Shown here: positions 10,213 through 21,159 of the stretch, in pieces | Numbering within the stretch: the stretch's first letter is position 1 | How the letters are laid out: every line of letters starts with the position of its first letter | From: Planctomycetota bacterium | Lineage (GTDB): Bacteria; Planctomycetota; Planctomycetia; Pirellulales; Pirellulaceae | Direction: 5' to 3' | Assembly: GCA_027622275.1 (NCBI GenBank) | Contig: JAQBZB010000010.1 | Location: forward strand, 2,598-66,597 | DNA: 64,000 nucleotides | Position numbers and translations under genes: made by a program | Notes under the pieces: generated by a model | The model's input: the letters and a program-made list of their open reading frames with translations, nothing else | The model's database searches: none | What the model was told of the DNA's origin: nothing

Positions 10213-10614
10213 TGTCGCGCGCTCTCTGACCTCGGTCACCGATCGTTTCGTAGTCGCCGTATGAAACCTAGCTCGTGGCTGTCGCAACGCAAATCGGCAA
10301 TCGTCATAATGGTCACAGCCGGCAAGACGCGAACACTCGGGTCGTGTCACCGAACTAGCACATTCAAGACCCATTTGGCGTTTGTCAGAGTAGCCGTTTC
10401 GACGACGCTGGCTGGTGTCAGCAGATTCGGAACATCCGATACAGCTCACCCGCGACACTCTGTTGGTCGGTGAAATTGTTGTCCCCGAGACCATCTTTCC
10501 CCATCCAATGACCTAATGTTCAATTGGCATCTCTTCTAGTTCGCTCGATCAATGCAAGGCTCGGCGAACAGACGTTCGTAACATGTGTCGTCTTCATTGG
10601 TGGTCGAGGTAATC

Positions 10615-11760
10615 ATGGGCAGAGGCTCTACACATCGTGTTCTTCAATCTCGGCCTCGCCAACGACGTGGAGCAATGGCCGTCCTGTTCGCGATGCTTCT
10701 CGTCGTCGTACTTGGTATGATCGCACTGGGTGTCGATACAGGCGTCGTGATGGTCCGGCGTGCTGAGTTGCAGCGATCTGCGGACGCGGCAACACTGGCT
10801 GCGGCGAGCGTTCTGGCACAAGGAGATCTCACCGAAGCAGAAGTTGTCGCTGAAGCAATATCCTTCCTGTCGGCGAACGGAATGGACCCGGATGAGCTCG
10901 ACGAAGACGAGTTGACGATACAGTTCGGAGCCTGGGACGCAGACACCCACTCATTCTCAAACGACGGCTTCGCGAATGCGTCCGCGGTTCGCATTGCCGT
11001 CGAAATGAGCGGCAACGAATTGTTCTTTAGCAGGGTGTTTGGTGCCAATACGCACGACGTGTCGGCGGAGGCGATTGCCGTGACGAATTCAACAGGCGTA
11101 CCGCGCGACATCATGGTTGTGATCGACTGTTCGGGTTCGATGGACAGCGACGACGATGATCCTGAGCAACCCATGACGGCGGTCAAAGACGCTGCTCAAC
11201 TGCTCTGCGATGTCGTCAGAAGCGACGACCGCGTTGGCTTAACCGTTTACAACTGTGAAGATCCGGAGTTGGGATACGACACCGGCAAGGTCGAGATCGC
11301 TCCAACTTCGACCGTCCAGTTTGTGAAGACTCGGATCAACGATCTGACAGCGGCGTTTTACACGGGCGGGACGAATATCGCTGGTGGAATCCGAGTTGGC
11401 GGCCAAACCCTGGACGCGACAGCACGCGCCGATGTCGAAAAGTTGTTAGTCGTCTTGACGGATGGCAAGGCGAACCGCAAGGAACCGCCTTATCAAAGTG
11501 GGTATTCGGCAAAAGCATCAGCGATAGCTTGGGCGAACGACATTCGAGCTTTGGGAATTCGGATCGATGCGATCAGCCTCGGTGACAACGCGGATCATAA
11601 CACGATGGCACAAGTTGCCGGCACCGCATTGAGTGACGACGACCCTGTGAAGGGGAAGCACTACGCGATTGAAGGCGACATCCAACAGTACACCGATGCA
11701 CTCCAAGAGGCTTTCCAGGAGATTGGACAAGGAACTCGCCGCGTCGCTTTGGTCCGGTAA
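10615..11760 (+). CDS. TadG/TadE-like N-terminal domain + von Willebrand A domain protein
   Basis: RRGAMAVLFAMLLVVVLGMIALGVDTGVVMVRRAELQRSADAATLAAA is TadE/G-like. The MIDAS motif is VVIDCSGSMD. GAGG lies upstream of ATG 10615. Confidence 0.8.
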   Translation: MGRGSTHRVLQSRPRQRRGAMAVLFAMLLVVVLGMIALGVDTGVVMVRRAELQRSADAATLAAASVLAQGDLTEAEVVAEAISFLSANGMDPDELDEDELTIQFGAWDADTHSFSNDGFANASAVRIAVEMSGNELFFSRVFGANTHDVSAEAIAVTNSTGVPRDIMVVIDCSGSMDSDDDDPEQPMTAVKDAAQLLCDVVRSDDRVGLTVYNCEDPELGYDTGKVEIAPTSTVQFVKTRINDLTAAFYTGGTNIAGGIRVGGQTLDATARADVEKLLVVLTDGKANRKEPPYQSGYSAKASAIAWANDIRALGIRIDAISLGDNADHNTMAQVAGTALSDDDPVKGKHYAIEGDIQQYTDALQEAFQEIGQGTRRVALVR

Positions 11761-12107
11761 AGTCAGGCGCCGGTCGCCGGAACTTGCTAGCAGCGATGGC
11801 ACCTGGCCGAGAGCAATACAAGCCGCTCTTGGTGAATTCGAGTCGCGTACGCTACTCTTTGAAGAAGTTACACGCGGGAAAAATCTCAATCACACAAGTG
11901 CAAGGATTCGCGCAGATTGTGAGACGCCCGTCACGGACGACGAAAACAAGGTTTTGCAGGACGCACGATCAGTTTCCTCGGACGATGTAGCAACGTCAGA
12001 TTCGATTGGCCCGCCTTTTGCGTTTTCCCAAATGCAATCGATTCTGAGCGGTGATCGCAAGAAGTGATCGCCTCCGCACCATCCTAGTCAATGGAGTGAC
12101 CCAGAGC

Positions 12108-13280
12108 ATGGAAGCTCGCATCTCTGCCGCCGCGCTGCTCGCGGCTGCGTTCTTGTCGTTGGGTGCGGGCTATCGCACCGAGAACTTTATCGTCACCGCG
12201 CCAACGCAAGATGTTGCCCGTGATGTTGCCGAAACCGCCGAGCAAATGCGGCATGATCTGGCAATCGAATGGTTGGGCCACGAGATTGCGCCGTGGCAAG
12301 ACAAGTGTCCGATCACGGTGCATGTCGGTGCGCACTTGGGGGCCGGAGGCGCGACGAGCTTTATGTTCGAGAACGGTCATCCGTTCGGCTGGACGATGAC
12401 GATTCAAGGCTCGCGCGCGCGAATCCTCGACAGCGTCTTGCCGCATGAGGTGACGCACACGATCTTCGCGACGCACTTCGGACGTCCATTGCCTCGCTGG
12501 GCCGATGAAGGTGCCTGTACGACGGTCGAAGACGTCAGCGAACGTCAAAAGCAACACGACATGCTGTACGAATTCCTGACCACGCACCGCGGCATTGCGT
12601 TCAATGAAATGTTCGCGATGTCGGAGTACCCGAATGACGTGTTGCCGCTGTATTCGCAAGGCTACTCACTGGCGCGTTACTTCATTGCGCAGGGTGGCAA
12701 ACGCAAGTTCATCGATTACGTCGGCGATGGCATGAAGTGGAACAATTGGACCAAGGCGACGCAGCGGCATTACGGCTACGGCAGCTTGTCGGACTTGCAA
12801 GTGACGTGGCTGGACTGGGTCCGCCGAGGCAGCCCGGCTCTGCCGCCACCACAAACGCTCGTGGATCAGCAAGAACCTCCCGCCGAAACAGCGCTCGTCC
12901 CGGTCGTCGCAACAGATTTACAGCAGCCATCGCCGCCGGTCACTCGACTGGCCAGTTTGACAACGGCTGACGAGGACGTATCGTCGACGTCGCGGGGTTG
13001 GTACTCGCGAGTGCGCGACGAAACGATCGCCAGCCGTAACAACGTCAAACAATCGTCATTTTCTACAGATGCCGTCGCCACCAAGCCTGTCAGCGAAACC
13101 ACATCGGTCAGCCAAACCCTGTCACGTCCACAGCCAGTCGGTCGTCCGGGACAAATCATTCTCGAATGGTCTCGCCCGGAAACTGTTCCGTCGAGTCAGC
13201 CGGCTGTGGTGCCGGGTCCCGCCGCTCCAAATCCACAACACCGCCTGATTCCAGGGTTTCGTGGAACTTTGTGGCGGTAG
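12108..13280 (+). CDS. Secreted HExxH (peptidase-MA-like) protein with Pro/Ser-rich C-terminus
   Basis: Signal-like ISAAALLAAAFLSLGAG, LPHEVTHTIFATHFG, and a downstream WADEGACT. No closer family assignment is possible by eye. Confidence 0.55.
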   Translation: MEARISAAALLAAAFLSLGAGYRTENFIVTAPTQDVARDVAETAEQMRHDLAIEWLGHEIAPWQDKCPITVHVGAHLGAGGATSFMFENGHPFGWTMTIQGSRARILDSVLPHEVTHTIFATHFGRPLPRWADEGACTTVEDVSERQKQHDMLYEFLTTHRGIAFNEMFAMSEYPNDVLPLYSQGYSLARYFIAQGGKRKFIDYVGDGMKWNNWTKATQRHYGYGSLSDLQVTWLDWVRRGSPALPPPQTLVDQQEPPAETALVPVVATDLQQPSPPVTRLASLTTADEDVSSTSRGWYSRVRDETIASRNNVKQSSFSTDAVATKPVSETTSVSQTLSRPQPVGRPGQIILEWSRPETVPSSQPAVVPGPAAPNPQHRLIPGFRGTLWR

Positions 13281-13309
13281 GTCAACAGATGCGTTGAGAG
13301 CCTTTGAAC

Positions 13310-14155
13310 TCAGATCGACGCGCGAATTTCCTTCAGTCCATCGGCGAGCGTCTTCTGATAGAGCCACAAGTCTCCGCCGTACGCGAGGCAGCGGAAGCCT
13401 TGGTTGATCCGAAGTCGAGACTCTTCCACGCTCAGCGGCATGAAGCCAGCGACTTTACCGTGCGCGTTGGCCGCGGCGATCACGCGCCCGATGGCTGACA
13501 CAAAGTCGGGATGCTCGAACTGGCCGGGAATGCCGAGCGAACTGCTCAAGTCGTACTGGCCAATCCACAAGACATCGATCCCGTCGACTTGGGCGATCCG
13601 TTCGACCTCGTCGAGACCTCTCGCTGTTTCGATCTGGGCGATGAGCAGTGTATGCTCGTTGGCCTCGCGAATCTTCGTGGCCACATCGCCGCCGGTATAG
13701 TCGTCGTGCGAGATCGTGAACGCCGCCCCCCGTCTGCCCATCGGCGGGTACTTGCACGAGTCGACAATCAACTGTGCCTGCTCGACACTTTCCACCATTG
13801 GCAGCATGATCCCCATCGCTCCCATGTCGAGAACGCGAGCCATAAAGTGATACTGCGTCGCTGGGACGCGAACGATCGGTACGGCATCGGTCGAGCGGCT
13901 GGAAGCGATCAACATGCGAATCGTTTCAACGCTCCAACCCGTGTGTTCCATGTCAAAAATCAGAAACTCGGCACCCGCTTCGGCCGCAATTCGCCCAATG
14001 CCGGTCGTGCTGAACTCGAAGATGAATGTGCCTAGCGAGACTTGCCCAGCCTGGATTGCCTGTTTGACTTGGTTCGTTCGCACTTGGTGAACTCCACGGT
14101 TATCGTTAAGTTGAGAAAGCTCATTCGAGATCGCAGCATGGCCGAGGAATCGCAA
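13310..14155 (-). CDS. HpcH/HpaI-family aldolase
   Basis: IFDMEHTGWSVETIRMLIA...VRVPA...ARVLDMGAMGIMLPMVES...CKYPPMGRRG...IAQIETARGL...IDVLWIGQYDLSSSLG. The start is uncertain; an alternative GTG lies at 14083. Confidence 0.85.
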   Translation of the reverse strand: MRFLGHAAISNELSQLNDNRGVHQVRTNQVKQAIQAGQVSLGTFIFEFSTTGIGRIAAEAGAEFLIFDMEHTGWSVETIRMLIASSRSTDAVPIVRVPATQYHFMARVLDMGAMGIMLPMVESVEQAQLIVDSCKYPPMGRRGAAFTISHDDYTGGDVATKIREANEHTLLIAQIETARGLDEVERIAQVDGIDVLWIGQYDLSSSLGIPGQFEHPDFVSAIGRVIAAANAHGKVAGFMPLSVEESRLRINQGFRCLAYGGDLWLYQKTLADGLKEIRASI

Positions 14156-15508
14156 TTCGACAAGCCGTCACGCGCGGCAATTCTCGCGGTCGCGGTTTGC
14201 GCTTTGCTGATCCGCGTGGCATTCGTCGTGGCGATGGCAGACTCCTTGGACGACGACCCCGACGCTTACCGCAGGATTGCCGAGAATCTGCGACGAACCG
14301 GCGTTTACGGTTCGACTTTCACCCCGACCGCCTTTCGACCGCCGTTGTATCCCGTGCTGCTCGCCGGTCTGGCAGTCAATGGAGACGTGACACCATCTGT
14401 CGTGGGCGGATTGCATGTGCTGTGTGGCGTCGCGACGGTCGTGCTCACATTCCTGCTCGGTTGCCGCTGGCGACTTGGCCGGTGGGCGTTCGTGGCGGCG
14501 GCGCTGGTCGCGATCGATCCGATTCTGCTCAACCAATCCGCGCTGGTGATGACCGAGACACTGGCGACGTTGTTAGCCGCGGCCGGATTGTTTGCATTGT
14601 CGTTGTGGAGTGCGAAGCCCTCGTTGGGCCGGGCGTTGGTTGCGGGTGTTGTGTTCGGTCTGGCCTGCCTCTGTCGGCCAACGTTCATTCCGTGGCTGGC
14701 GCTTTCGGCGCTGGCGATGATCGTTCCGCAATACCGGGTTCGTGAGCCAGTCGGCGTGTCGCCGCTACGGCGAGCGATTGGCTTCATGCTCGCGTTCCTT
14801 CTGTCCGCAGCGCTCGTTATCTCGCCTTGGGTGCTCCGCAACTACTGCGTCTTCGGAGTGCCGAAAGCAACGACAACGCACGGCGGCTATACGGTTTTAC
14901 TGGGCAATAATCCGAGCTTCTATCGCTACCTGCGTGAGGCACCGCGCGGGACAACTTGGGATGCGGCCGAGCTAGCGGACGCCTGGGAGCTGCGGCCGTT
15001 TTCGACTTCGCCGCGGGACGCCATCTGGGAGCTCTCGTCGCCGCCGAACCAGCTTATCGGTGCCGATGCCATCGGCCGTTCCGAGTTTGAAGACGACGCG
15101 TTCGCCTACTCGCTAGCACGGCGTTACATCGCAGACGAGCCGGAAATGTTTGTGTACTCTTGTTTGGTGAGAGTAAGCCGGCTCTGGCAGATCGTGCCGT
15201 ATCGGACTAGCGAGAACGAATCCACGGCTCGAATGCTGTTGCGCGGCGCAACGGGTTGCTGGTACAGCGTCTTGTTCGTGCTAGCGATGGTTGCGATCGT
15301 CGCCTTTCGCTCCGCGAGAGGAAGTTTGTTCGCACAGCGATCAACGACACTTGTCTGGGGGTTGCTGCTTTGCATCACCTTCTCGGGCGTGCATGCAATG
15401 TACTGGAGCAACATGCGGATGCGGGCCCCGTTGACGCCGTTTCTGTGTCTGTTAGCAGCCTCCGGTGCCGCCTGGATCTCGACTCGCCTGGGCGACCGCA
15501 AGCCGTGA
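14138..15508 (+). CDS. Polytopic membrane glycosyltransferase (GT39/GT83, ArnT/PMT-like)
   Basis: Many TM segments. DDPDAYRRIAENLRRTGVYG...FRPPLYPVLLA is the typical first periplasmic loop. ATG 14138 is preferred over 14042. Confidence 0.7.
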   Translation: MAEESQFDKPSRAAILAVAVCALLIRVAFVVAMADSLDDDPDAYRRIAENLRRTGVYGSTFTPTAFRPPLYPVLLAGLAVNGDVTPSVVGGLHVLCGVATVVLTFLLGCRWRLGRWAFVAAALVAIDPILLNQSALVMTETLATLLAAAGLFALSLWSAKPSLGRALVAGVVFGLACLCRPTFIPWLALSALAMIVPQYRVREPVGVSPLRRAIGFMLAFLLSAALVISPWVLRNYCVFGVPKATTTHGGYTVLLGNNPSFYRYLREAPRGTTWDAAELADAWELRPFSTSPRDAIWELSSPPNQLIGADAIGRSEFEDDAFAYSLARRYIADEPEMFVYSCLVRVSRLWQIVPYRTSENESTARMLLRGATGCWYSVLFVLAMVAIVAFRSARGSLFAQRSTTLVWGLLLCITFSGVHAMYWSNMRMRAPLTPFLCLLAASGAAWISTRLGDRKP

Positions 15509-15658
15509 CAGTTCCGCAACTTAGCATCGCATCGCGACAGTGAACTCGCCTTGTGTGGGGCATGGCGGCTGCGTATACTCCCGCCGCCGCTAAATCACCT
15601 TTTCTCCGGCGGCGTAAATCTTTTCTAGGTTCATCGTCGGTGTCGGCACGTCCATGAT

Positions 15659-18600
15659 TTGCAGAACCGTTTGCGCCTCGTGCGCGTAATGGACTGCACG
15701 GGATTCACGGGCACACATCACCGGCACTCACGTTCCATGTTTGGCAAGGATGCCGAGATTCTGAAACAAAGCGACGACGATCGTCGAGTGATTCGCCTGT
15801 GCGCGCGGCTCTTGCCGAATGCGTCGTGTCGGCGTGCGCTCGCACGCCAAGTCGTCACGTTGCTCGTCATCGCAGCCGCGCTGGTGGTCCCTGGGATCGC
15901 ATCGGCCGAGATCACACCGCCGCTCGTGTCGCCAAACGCACCGATCTTGATTCGTGCCACGCAAGGAAGTCGCTGGTACGAGGGCGAGTACGAAGTCTGG
16001 TCGCTCGAAGGTGATTGCTCGATCGTGCAAGGCAATGTTACCGGCAAGAGCCGATCCGCAGTCGTGTGGATCAATCGCGCCGACTCGTCAACGGACGAAC
16101 TGCATAAAGTCATCGCGTATCTGGAAGCGGGAGCGGTCGTCGACTTTGCTCATCAGCAACCGGCTCATCGCATCAGCGGCAAACCGACAGACACGTTTCA
16201 AGGCGACTCGTGGATGGGACATTTCCATTCTTCGCTGCGCGTCGATGTTCAAGTTGGTTCAGCGATGCCGGCCTCCGCCACGAAGCCGAACTTCGTCGGG
16301 CGCGGCAATCAAGCCTGGGACCGCGACATCGATCGCCGCGTCCGGCGTGCTCAGTTTATCGAGCCACCCGAGAGATTACCGCCGACCCAATACGTACCGC
16401 CGACCCAATATGTACCGCCAACACAGCTCACGCCGGAAACCGTTCCGGCCTTTCCAGCCGCCCAGCCGCAGCCAACGGCCAGAAGCCTGCAACTTCGATC
16501 GCGCAGCAATGTTCCGCCCCAGTGGAAGAGCTATCCCGGACGCGATCCTGACGAGCAGGTCTGGGCGATCTCCGGTGGCGTGCGGCTGATCGTCAGCGGC
16601 ATTCAGAATATTGAAGGACTCGCGAGCGACACCGTCTCGCTCGAAGCTGACCGTGTCGTCGTGTGGACCAACTCGCTCGCCGGTCTCTCGACGGGCGAGT
16701 CGACCCAGGCCGTCGACGGCCGCTGGGAGTTCTATCTCGAGGGGAACATCATCTACCGCGAAGGCAATCGGTTGATCTACGCGGATCGCATGTACTACGA
16801 CGTGAACGGAAACCAGGGCACGATTCTGAACGCCGAGATGCTGACGCCGGTCAAGGATTACGAAGGGTTGATGCGGCTCAAGGCAGACGTCCTTCAGCAA
16901 CTGAACCAGCACACGTTCTTGGCTCACGGCGCGGCACTCACTTCGAGCCGATTGGGGGTTCCGCGCTACTGGCTGCAGTCGGGCGAAGTCACACTGAACA
17001 TTGTCCAGACTCCCGCCGTCGACGGCTTCACCGGACTACCGTACATCGATCCGCAAACACAAGAGCCGGCGGTCGAGAATCAGATGCTCGCGACCAGCCG
17101 CAACAACTTCCTGTACGTGGGCGGCTTCCCGCTGTTGTACTGGCCGACGATTGCGACCGATTTGAAAAAGCCGACTTACTACGTCGACGGCATGAAGGTG
17201 AAAAACGACAGCGTTTACGGGACGCAAGTTCTTGTTGACTGGGACGCTTATCAGTTGCTAGGAATCGGCAACAAGATCGACGGCACCCAGTGGACGGTCT
17301 CGACAGATTATCTCAGCCAACGTGGTCCGGCCTTGGGAACGAATTTCAACTACGACCGTCCTGGCTTCGTCTGGTTCCCCGGCCCCGCTCACGGCAACCT
17401 CGACATTTGGGGAATCAAAGACAACGGGCGCGACAATCTTGGAGCCGATCGCCGGTCGCTGGCCCCCGAGGAAGAGTTTCGCGGCCGCGGGTTGTGGCAG
17501 CATCGTCAGTATCTGGGGAGCGGCTACCAACTGACCGCTGAAGTTGGATACATCACGGATCGAAACTTCCTCGAATCGTACTACGAGAGCGAGTGGGATC
17601 AACTGAAGGACCAGGCGACGGGCGTCGAGCTAAAGCGCTATTACGGCAACAGTTCGTATAGCGTCAACGCCGATGTGCGGCTCAATGACTTCTTCACACA
17701 AACCGAATGGCTGCCGCGCATCGATCACACGCTGATCGGGCAATCGCTGCTGTTCGATCGGCTCACCTGGCACGAACACTCACATGCCGGTTACGCGCGA
17801 TTGCGGACGGCGGATGCTCCAAGCCCGATCAATCCGACCGAAGTCGCATCGTTCGCACCGCTCGCTTGGGAAGTTCCTGCCGCGGGACTGCATGCAGCGA
17901 CGCGACAAGAACTCGACTTGCCGTTCAATCTTGGTCCAACCAAGATTGTCCCGTACGCGCTCGGCGAATTGTTCCACGTCAGCGAAGACATCACCGCGCA
18001 GGAGCGGACCCGCGCGTTCGGCCAACTCGGCGTGCGAGCCAGCCTGCCGATTTGGAACAGCACTCCGGAAGTGCAGAGCGAACTGTTCAATCTCAACGGT
18101 CTCGCGCACAAGGTGGTGTTCGAGTCGGAGTTTTTGTGGGCCGACGCGGAAGAAGATCTCAGCAACTTCCCCTTGTACGAACAGCTCGATGATGACTCCG
18201 TCGAGTTCTTCCGCCGGCGATTTCTTTCGACGGCAGGCGGCTACCCGTTCCCAGGACAAGCGTTCATTCCGTTGAAGTTTGATGAGCGATACTTTGCGCT
18301 GCGAAACGGTATGCAAAGCTGGGTCACCGCGCCGAGTACGGAGATCGCCGACGACTTGATGAAAGTCAATCTCGGCGTCCGCCAACGATGGCAAACCAAA
18401 CGCGGGCTGCCGGGGCAGGAACGGATCGTCGATTGGATCACGCTCGACGTTCAAGGGAGCTACTTTCCGAAGGCGGATCGAGACAACTTTGGTCAAGAGA
18501 TCGGCTTGTTGGATTACGACTTCCGTTGGCATCTTGGTGATCGCGTCACGCTGTTGTCAGACGGTTTCGCCGATCTTTTCGGCGACGGGCTGCGAACGTT

Positions 18601-18961
18601 TTCACTCGGCGGCGTCGTGACTCGACCTTCCAGAGGGAGCGTCTATCTCGGCGTCCGCTCCATCGAAGGCCCGATCAGCAGCAGCATTCTCAGCGGCTCA
18701 CTCAGTTACCGAATGAGCGAGAAATGGATTCTCACGGGCAGCGCCGCCATCGACTTTGGCCAAACGGGCAACATCGGCCAGACGTTTGGATTGACTCGGA
18801 TCGGCGAATCGACATTGGTTCGGGTCGGCTTCAACGTCGATGAGAGCCGAGGCAACGTTGGCGTTAACATCCAGATCGAACCCCGGTTCCTATCGAGCCG
18901 CCGTCTTGGATATGTTGGCGGCGTGCAGATTCCGCCCGCCGGGGCTTACGGACTCGAATAG
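15659..18961 (+). CDS. LptD/OstA-like outer-membrane protein
   Basis: Signal LLVIAAALVVPGIASAE. OstA-like segments (GDCSIVQGNVTGKSRSAVVW; LEADRVVVWT...FYLEGNIIYREGNRLIYADRMYYD). Long beta-rich C-terminus ending in an aromatic-rich strand. The start codon is uncertain. Confidence 0.55.
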   Translation: MQNRLRLVRVMDCTGFTGTHHRHSRSMFGKDAEILKQSDDDRRVIRLCARLLPNASCRRALARQVVTLLVIAAALVVPGIASAEITPPLVSPNAPILIRATQGSRWYEGEYEVWSLEGDCSIVQGNVTGKSRSAVVWINRADSSTDELHKVIAYLEAGAVVDFAHQQPAHRISGKPTDTFQGDSWMGHFHSSLRVDVQVGSAMPASATKPNFVGRGNQAWDRDIDRRVRRAQFIEPPERLPPTQYVPPTQYVPPTQLTPETVPAFPAAQPQPTARSLQLRSRSNVPPQWKSYPGRDPDEQVWAISGGVRLIVSGIQNIEGLASDTVSLEADRVVVWTNSLAGLSTGESTQAVDGRWEFYLEGNIIYREGNRLIYADRMYYDVNGNQGTILNAEMLTPVKDYEGLMRLKADVLQQLNQHTFLAHGAALTSSRLGVPRYWLQSGEVTLNIVQTPAVDGFTGLPYIDPQTQEPAVENQMLATSRNNFLYVGGFPLLYWPTIATDLKKPTYYVDGMKVKNDSVYGTQVLVDWDAYQLLGIGNKIDGTQWTVSTDYLSQRGPALGTNFNYDRPGFVWFPGPAHGNLDIWGIKDNGRDNLGADRRSLAPEEEFRGRGLWQHRQYLGSGYQLTAEVGYITDRNFLESYYESEWDQLKDQATGVELKRYYGNSSYSVNADVRLNDFFTQTEWLPRIDHTLIGQSLLFDRLTWHEHSHAGYARLRTADAPSPINPTEVASFAPLAWEVPAAGLHAATRQELDLPFNLGPTKIVPYALGELFHVSEDITAQERTRAFGQLGVRASLPIWNSTPEVQSELFNLNGLAHKVVFESEFLWADAEEDLSNFPLYEQLDDDSVEFFRRRFLSTAGGYPFPGQAFIPLKFDERYFALRNGMQSWVTAPSTEIADDLMKVNLGVRQRWQTKRGLPGQERIVDWITLDVQGSYFPKADRDNFGQEIGLLDYDFRWHLGDRVTLLSDGFADLFGDGLRTFSLGGVVTRPSRGSVYLGVRSIEGPISSSILSGSLSYRMSEKWILTGSAAIDFGQTGNIGQTFGLTRIGESTLVRVGFNVDESRGNVGVNIQIEPRFLSSRRLGYVGGVQIPPAGAYGLE
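16379..16432 (+). repeat. 3 x 18-nt in-frame tandem repeat (PPTQYV PPTQYV PPTQLT)
   Basis: CCGCCGACCCAATACGTA / CCGCCGACCCAATATGTA / CCGCCAACACAGCTCACG read directly. Confidence 0.9.
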
Positions 18962-18975
18962 GGGCTACGAAAACG

Positions 18976-19359
18976 ATGAGCGAAGAGTTCGAACCGCCGC
19001 CGCACAGCTTTGTCAACAAATTCAAGTGTGCCTTTCGTGGCATTGCCGTTGGCTCGCGGAGTCAAAGCAGTCTGCTCGTGCATCTGGTCGCCGCCGCGCT
19101 GGTGATCGGAGTTGGTGCGTGGCTTAAAGTAAGTGCCGTTGAGTGGTGCTTGCTCGCGCTTTGCATTGCGGTCGTCTTGGCGCTTGAACTCTTCAACAGC
19201 TCGATCGAGTCACTTGCTCGGGCGATCGATCGACGACACAACGAACAACTTCGCGACGCCCTCGACATCGCCAGCGGCGCGGTCCTTGTCGGTGCGATCG
19301 GCGCGGCGGTTGTTGGGATAGTCATCCTGCTGCCGCGTTTTCTACAGACGCTCGGCTAG
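18976..19359 (+). CDS. dgkA: Diacylglycerol kinase (prokaryotic DAGK family)
   Basis: FKCAFRGI...EWCLLALCIAVVLALELFNSSIESLARAID...DIASGAVLV, with three TM helices and ~127 aa. Confidence 0.85.
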   Translation: MSEEFEPPPHSFVNKFKCAFRGIAVGSRSQSSLLVHLVAAALVIGVGAWLKVSAVEWCLLALCIAVVLALELFNSSIESLARAIDRRHNEQLRDALDIASGAVLVGAIGAAVVGIVILLPRFLQTLG

Positions 19360-19362
19360 CGT

Positions 19363-21159
19363 TCAACAAGCATCCGCAAACGCCTGCACGTCCGCAGCCA
19401 TCTTGTCCATCCGCTGTTCCATCTGCTGTGCGGTCATCTCCAGATCGGCGAGTTGCTCGGCGGGGACGAACGTGAACATATAGAACTTCACTTTCGGCTC
19501 GGTCCCCGAGGGCCGGACGGCGATGTAGTTACCGTCTTGCACCAAGTCGAGAATCACCATGTTGGCAGCCGAACATTCGAGCGGCTCTCTTGTTCCGTCA
19601 GGCTTGGTGATCGTCAGGCCCTGATAGTCACGGATTTGCGCGATGTCGATGCCGCCGAAGTGCTGCGGAGGCGTTGTGCGGAAGGCCGCCATTAACGCCT
19701 TCATGCGGCTCATCCCTTCCGAGCCTTCCATGAAGACATTGATCGTCCGTTCGGCGTGATAGCCGTGCTGCCACCAGAGCGATTCGAGTTTCTCGTGCAG
19801 CGACTTGCCTTCCGCCTTCACGCACGCCGCCAACTCGGCCAGCAACATGCAAGCGACTCCGCCATCCTTGTCGCGGACATAAGTGCCCGCCATATACCCG
19901 TGCGACTCTTCCGTCCCGAAGACAAATCTCTCCGGGCCAACTTCATCGATCAATCCGGCGATCCATTTGAAACCAACGTGCAAGTTGCCGTACGTTGTGA
20001 CGTTGTAGGAATCCGCGATCCGCCGCCCCATCTCGGTCGTGACCAAGGTCTTCACGACATAATGCTCGGGGGTCAGCGTCCCGGCACGGCTGCGGCGTTC
20101 CAGCACGTAATCGATCAGCAACGCGCCGAGTTGATTACCGGTGAATGTTCGCCACTCGCCTTGCGGATCGGTCGTGACGGGCGCGGCGACTCCCATCCGG
20201 TCGCAATCGGGATCAGTCGCGAGAATCAAATCGGCGCCCGCTTCCTTGGCTCGCATGATGATCGAATCAAAGACGGCGGGGTTCTCCGGATTGGAGACGT
20301 GCCCTGGAACATTGGGGAAGTCGCCGTCTGGTGTCGCGTGGTCGGCGAAGACTTCGACGTCGGTGAATCCGTCGGCGGCGAGCGCCGGACAGACGGCCGA
20401 ACTGCCGACGCCATGCAGCGGCGAAAAGATGATTTTCAAGTTGCGCGGCCCTTCGAGCCGTTGGCCTTTCACTTGCGCGATGTACGCCGCGTCGATCTCC
20501 TCGGTGCAGATGACCACCTGGCCGTCGGCAAGCGCCTGGTCGAACGGCGATTGCTTGATCTCCTGCACATTCATCACGCGGTCGATGATCGCTTTGTCGT
20601 GCGGAGGCAGGATCTGAGCGCCGGTCGACCAATACACTTTCACCGCGTTGTCGCTAGGCGGATTGTGGCTCGCGGTGACCATGATGCCGCACGAACATTT
20701 CTTATGGCGGACGAGATACGACAGCTCCGGCGTGCTGCGATAGTCGTCCAGGAAATGCACTTTGAAGCCGGCCGCGACCATGATCCCCGCACACAGCTCG
20801 GCGAAGTGCCTCGAGTTGTGTCGCGTGTCGTAGGCCAGCGCGCAAGATAACTCGTCTCCATCGTGATGTTCCTTCACGTACTCCGCCAACCCTTGCGCGC
20901 TCTCGCCGATCGTGCGGTCGTTGATGGCGTTGCTGCCGATTGGGTACATCCGTCCGCGGCGGCCGCCGGTGCCGAACGGGATGATCGTCCAAAACGCGTC
21001 GTCCAACTGCTGCCACTTCTCGGCGGCGATATGTTCGATCACTTGCGGCACATAGGCGGCGTAGCGGGATTCGGTGAGCCATTTGCGGATGTTGCCCTTC
21101 GCTCCTTCGGAGAGAGTTGAAGGAGCCGAGTTGAGCTTGTCGAGTGACGAGGTCGTCAT
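19363..21159 (-). CDS. Alpha-D-phosphohexomutase (phosphoglucomutase/phosphomannomutase type)
   Basis: GIMVTASHNPPSDNAVKVY (active-site Ser loop) and ATDPDCDRMG (metal loop). ATG 21159 is preferred over 21303. Confidence 0.9.
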   Translation of the reverse strand: MTTSSLDKLNSAPSTLSEGAKGNIRKWLTESRYAAYVPQVIEHIAAEKWQQLDDAFWTIIPFGTGGRRGRMYPIGSNAINDRTIGESAQGLAEYVKEHHDGDELSCALAYDTRHNSRHFAELCAGIMVAAGFKVHFLDDYRSTPELSYLVRHKKCSCGIMVTASHNPPSDNAVKVYWSTGAQILPPHDKAIIDRVMNVQEIKQSPFDQALADGQVVICTEEIDAAYIAQVKGQRLEGPRNLKIIFSPLHGVGSSAVCPALAADGFTDVEVFADHATPDGDFPNVPGHVSNPENPAVFDSIIMRAKEAGADLILATDPDCDRMGVAAPVTTDPQGEWRTFTGNQLGALLIDYVLERRSRAGTLTPEHYVVKTLVTTEMGRRIADSYNVTTYGNLHVGFKWIAGLIDEVGPERFVFGTEESHGYMAGTYVRDKDGGVACMLLAELAACVKAEGKSLHEKLESLWWQHGYHAERTINVFMEGSEGMSRMKALMAAFRTTPPQHFGGIDIAQIRDYQGLTITKPDGTREPLECSAANMVILDLVQDGNYIAVRPSGTEPKVKFYMFTFVPAEQLADLEMTAQQMEQRMDKMAADVQAFADAC

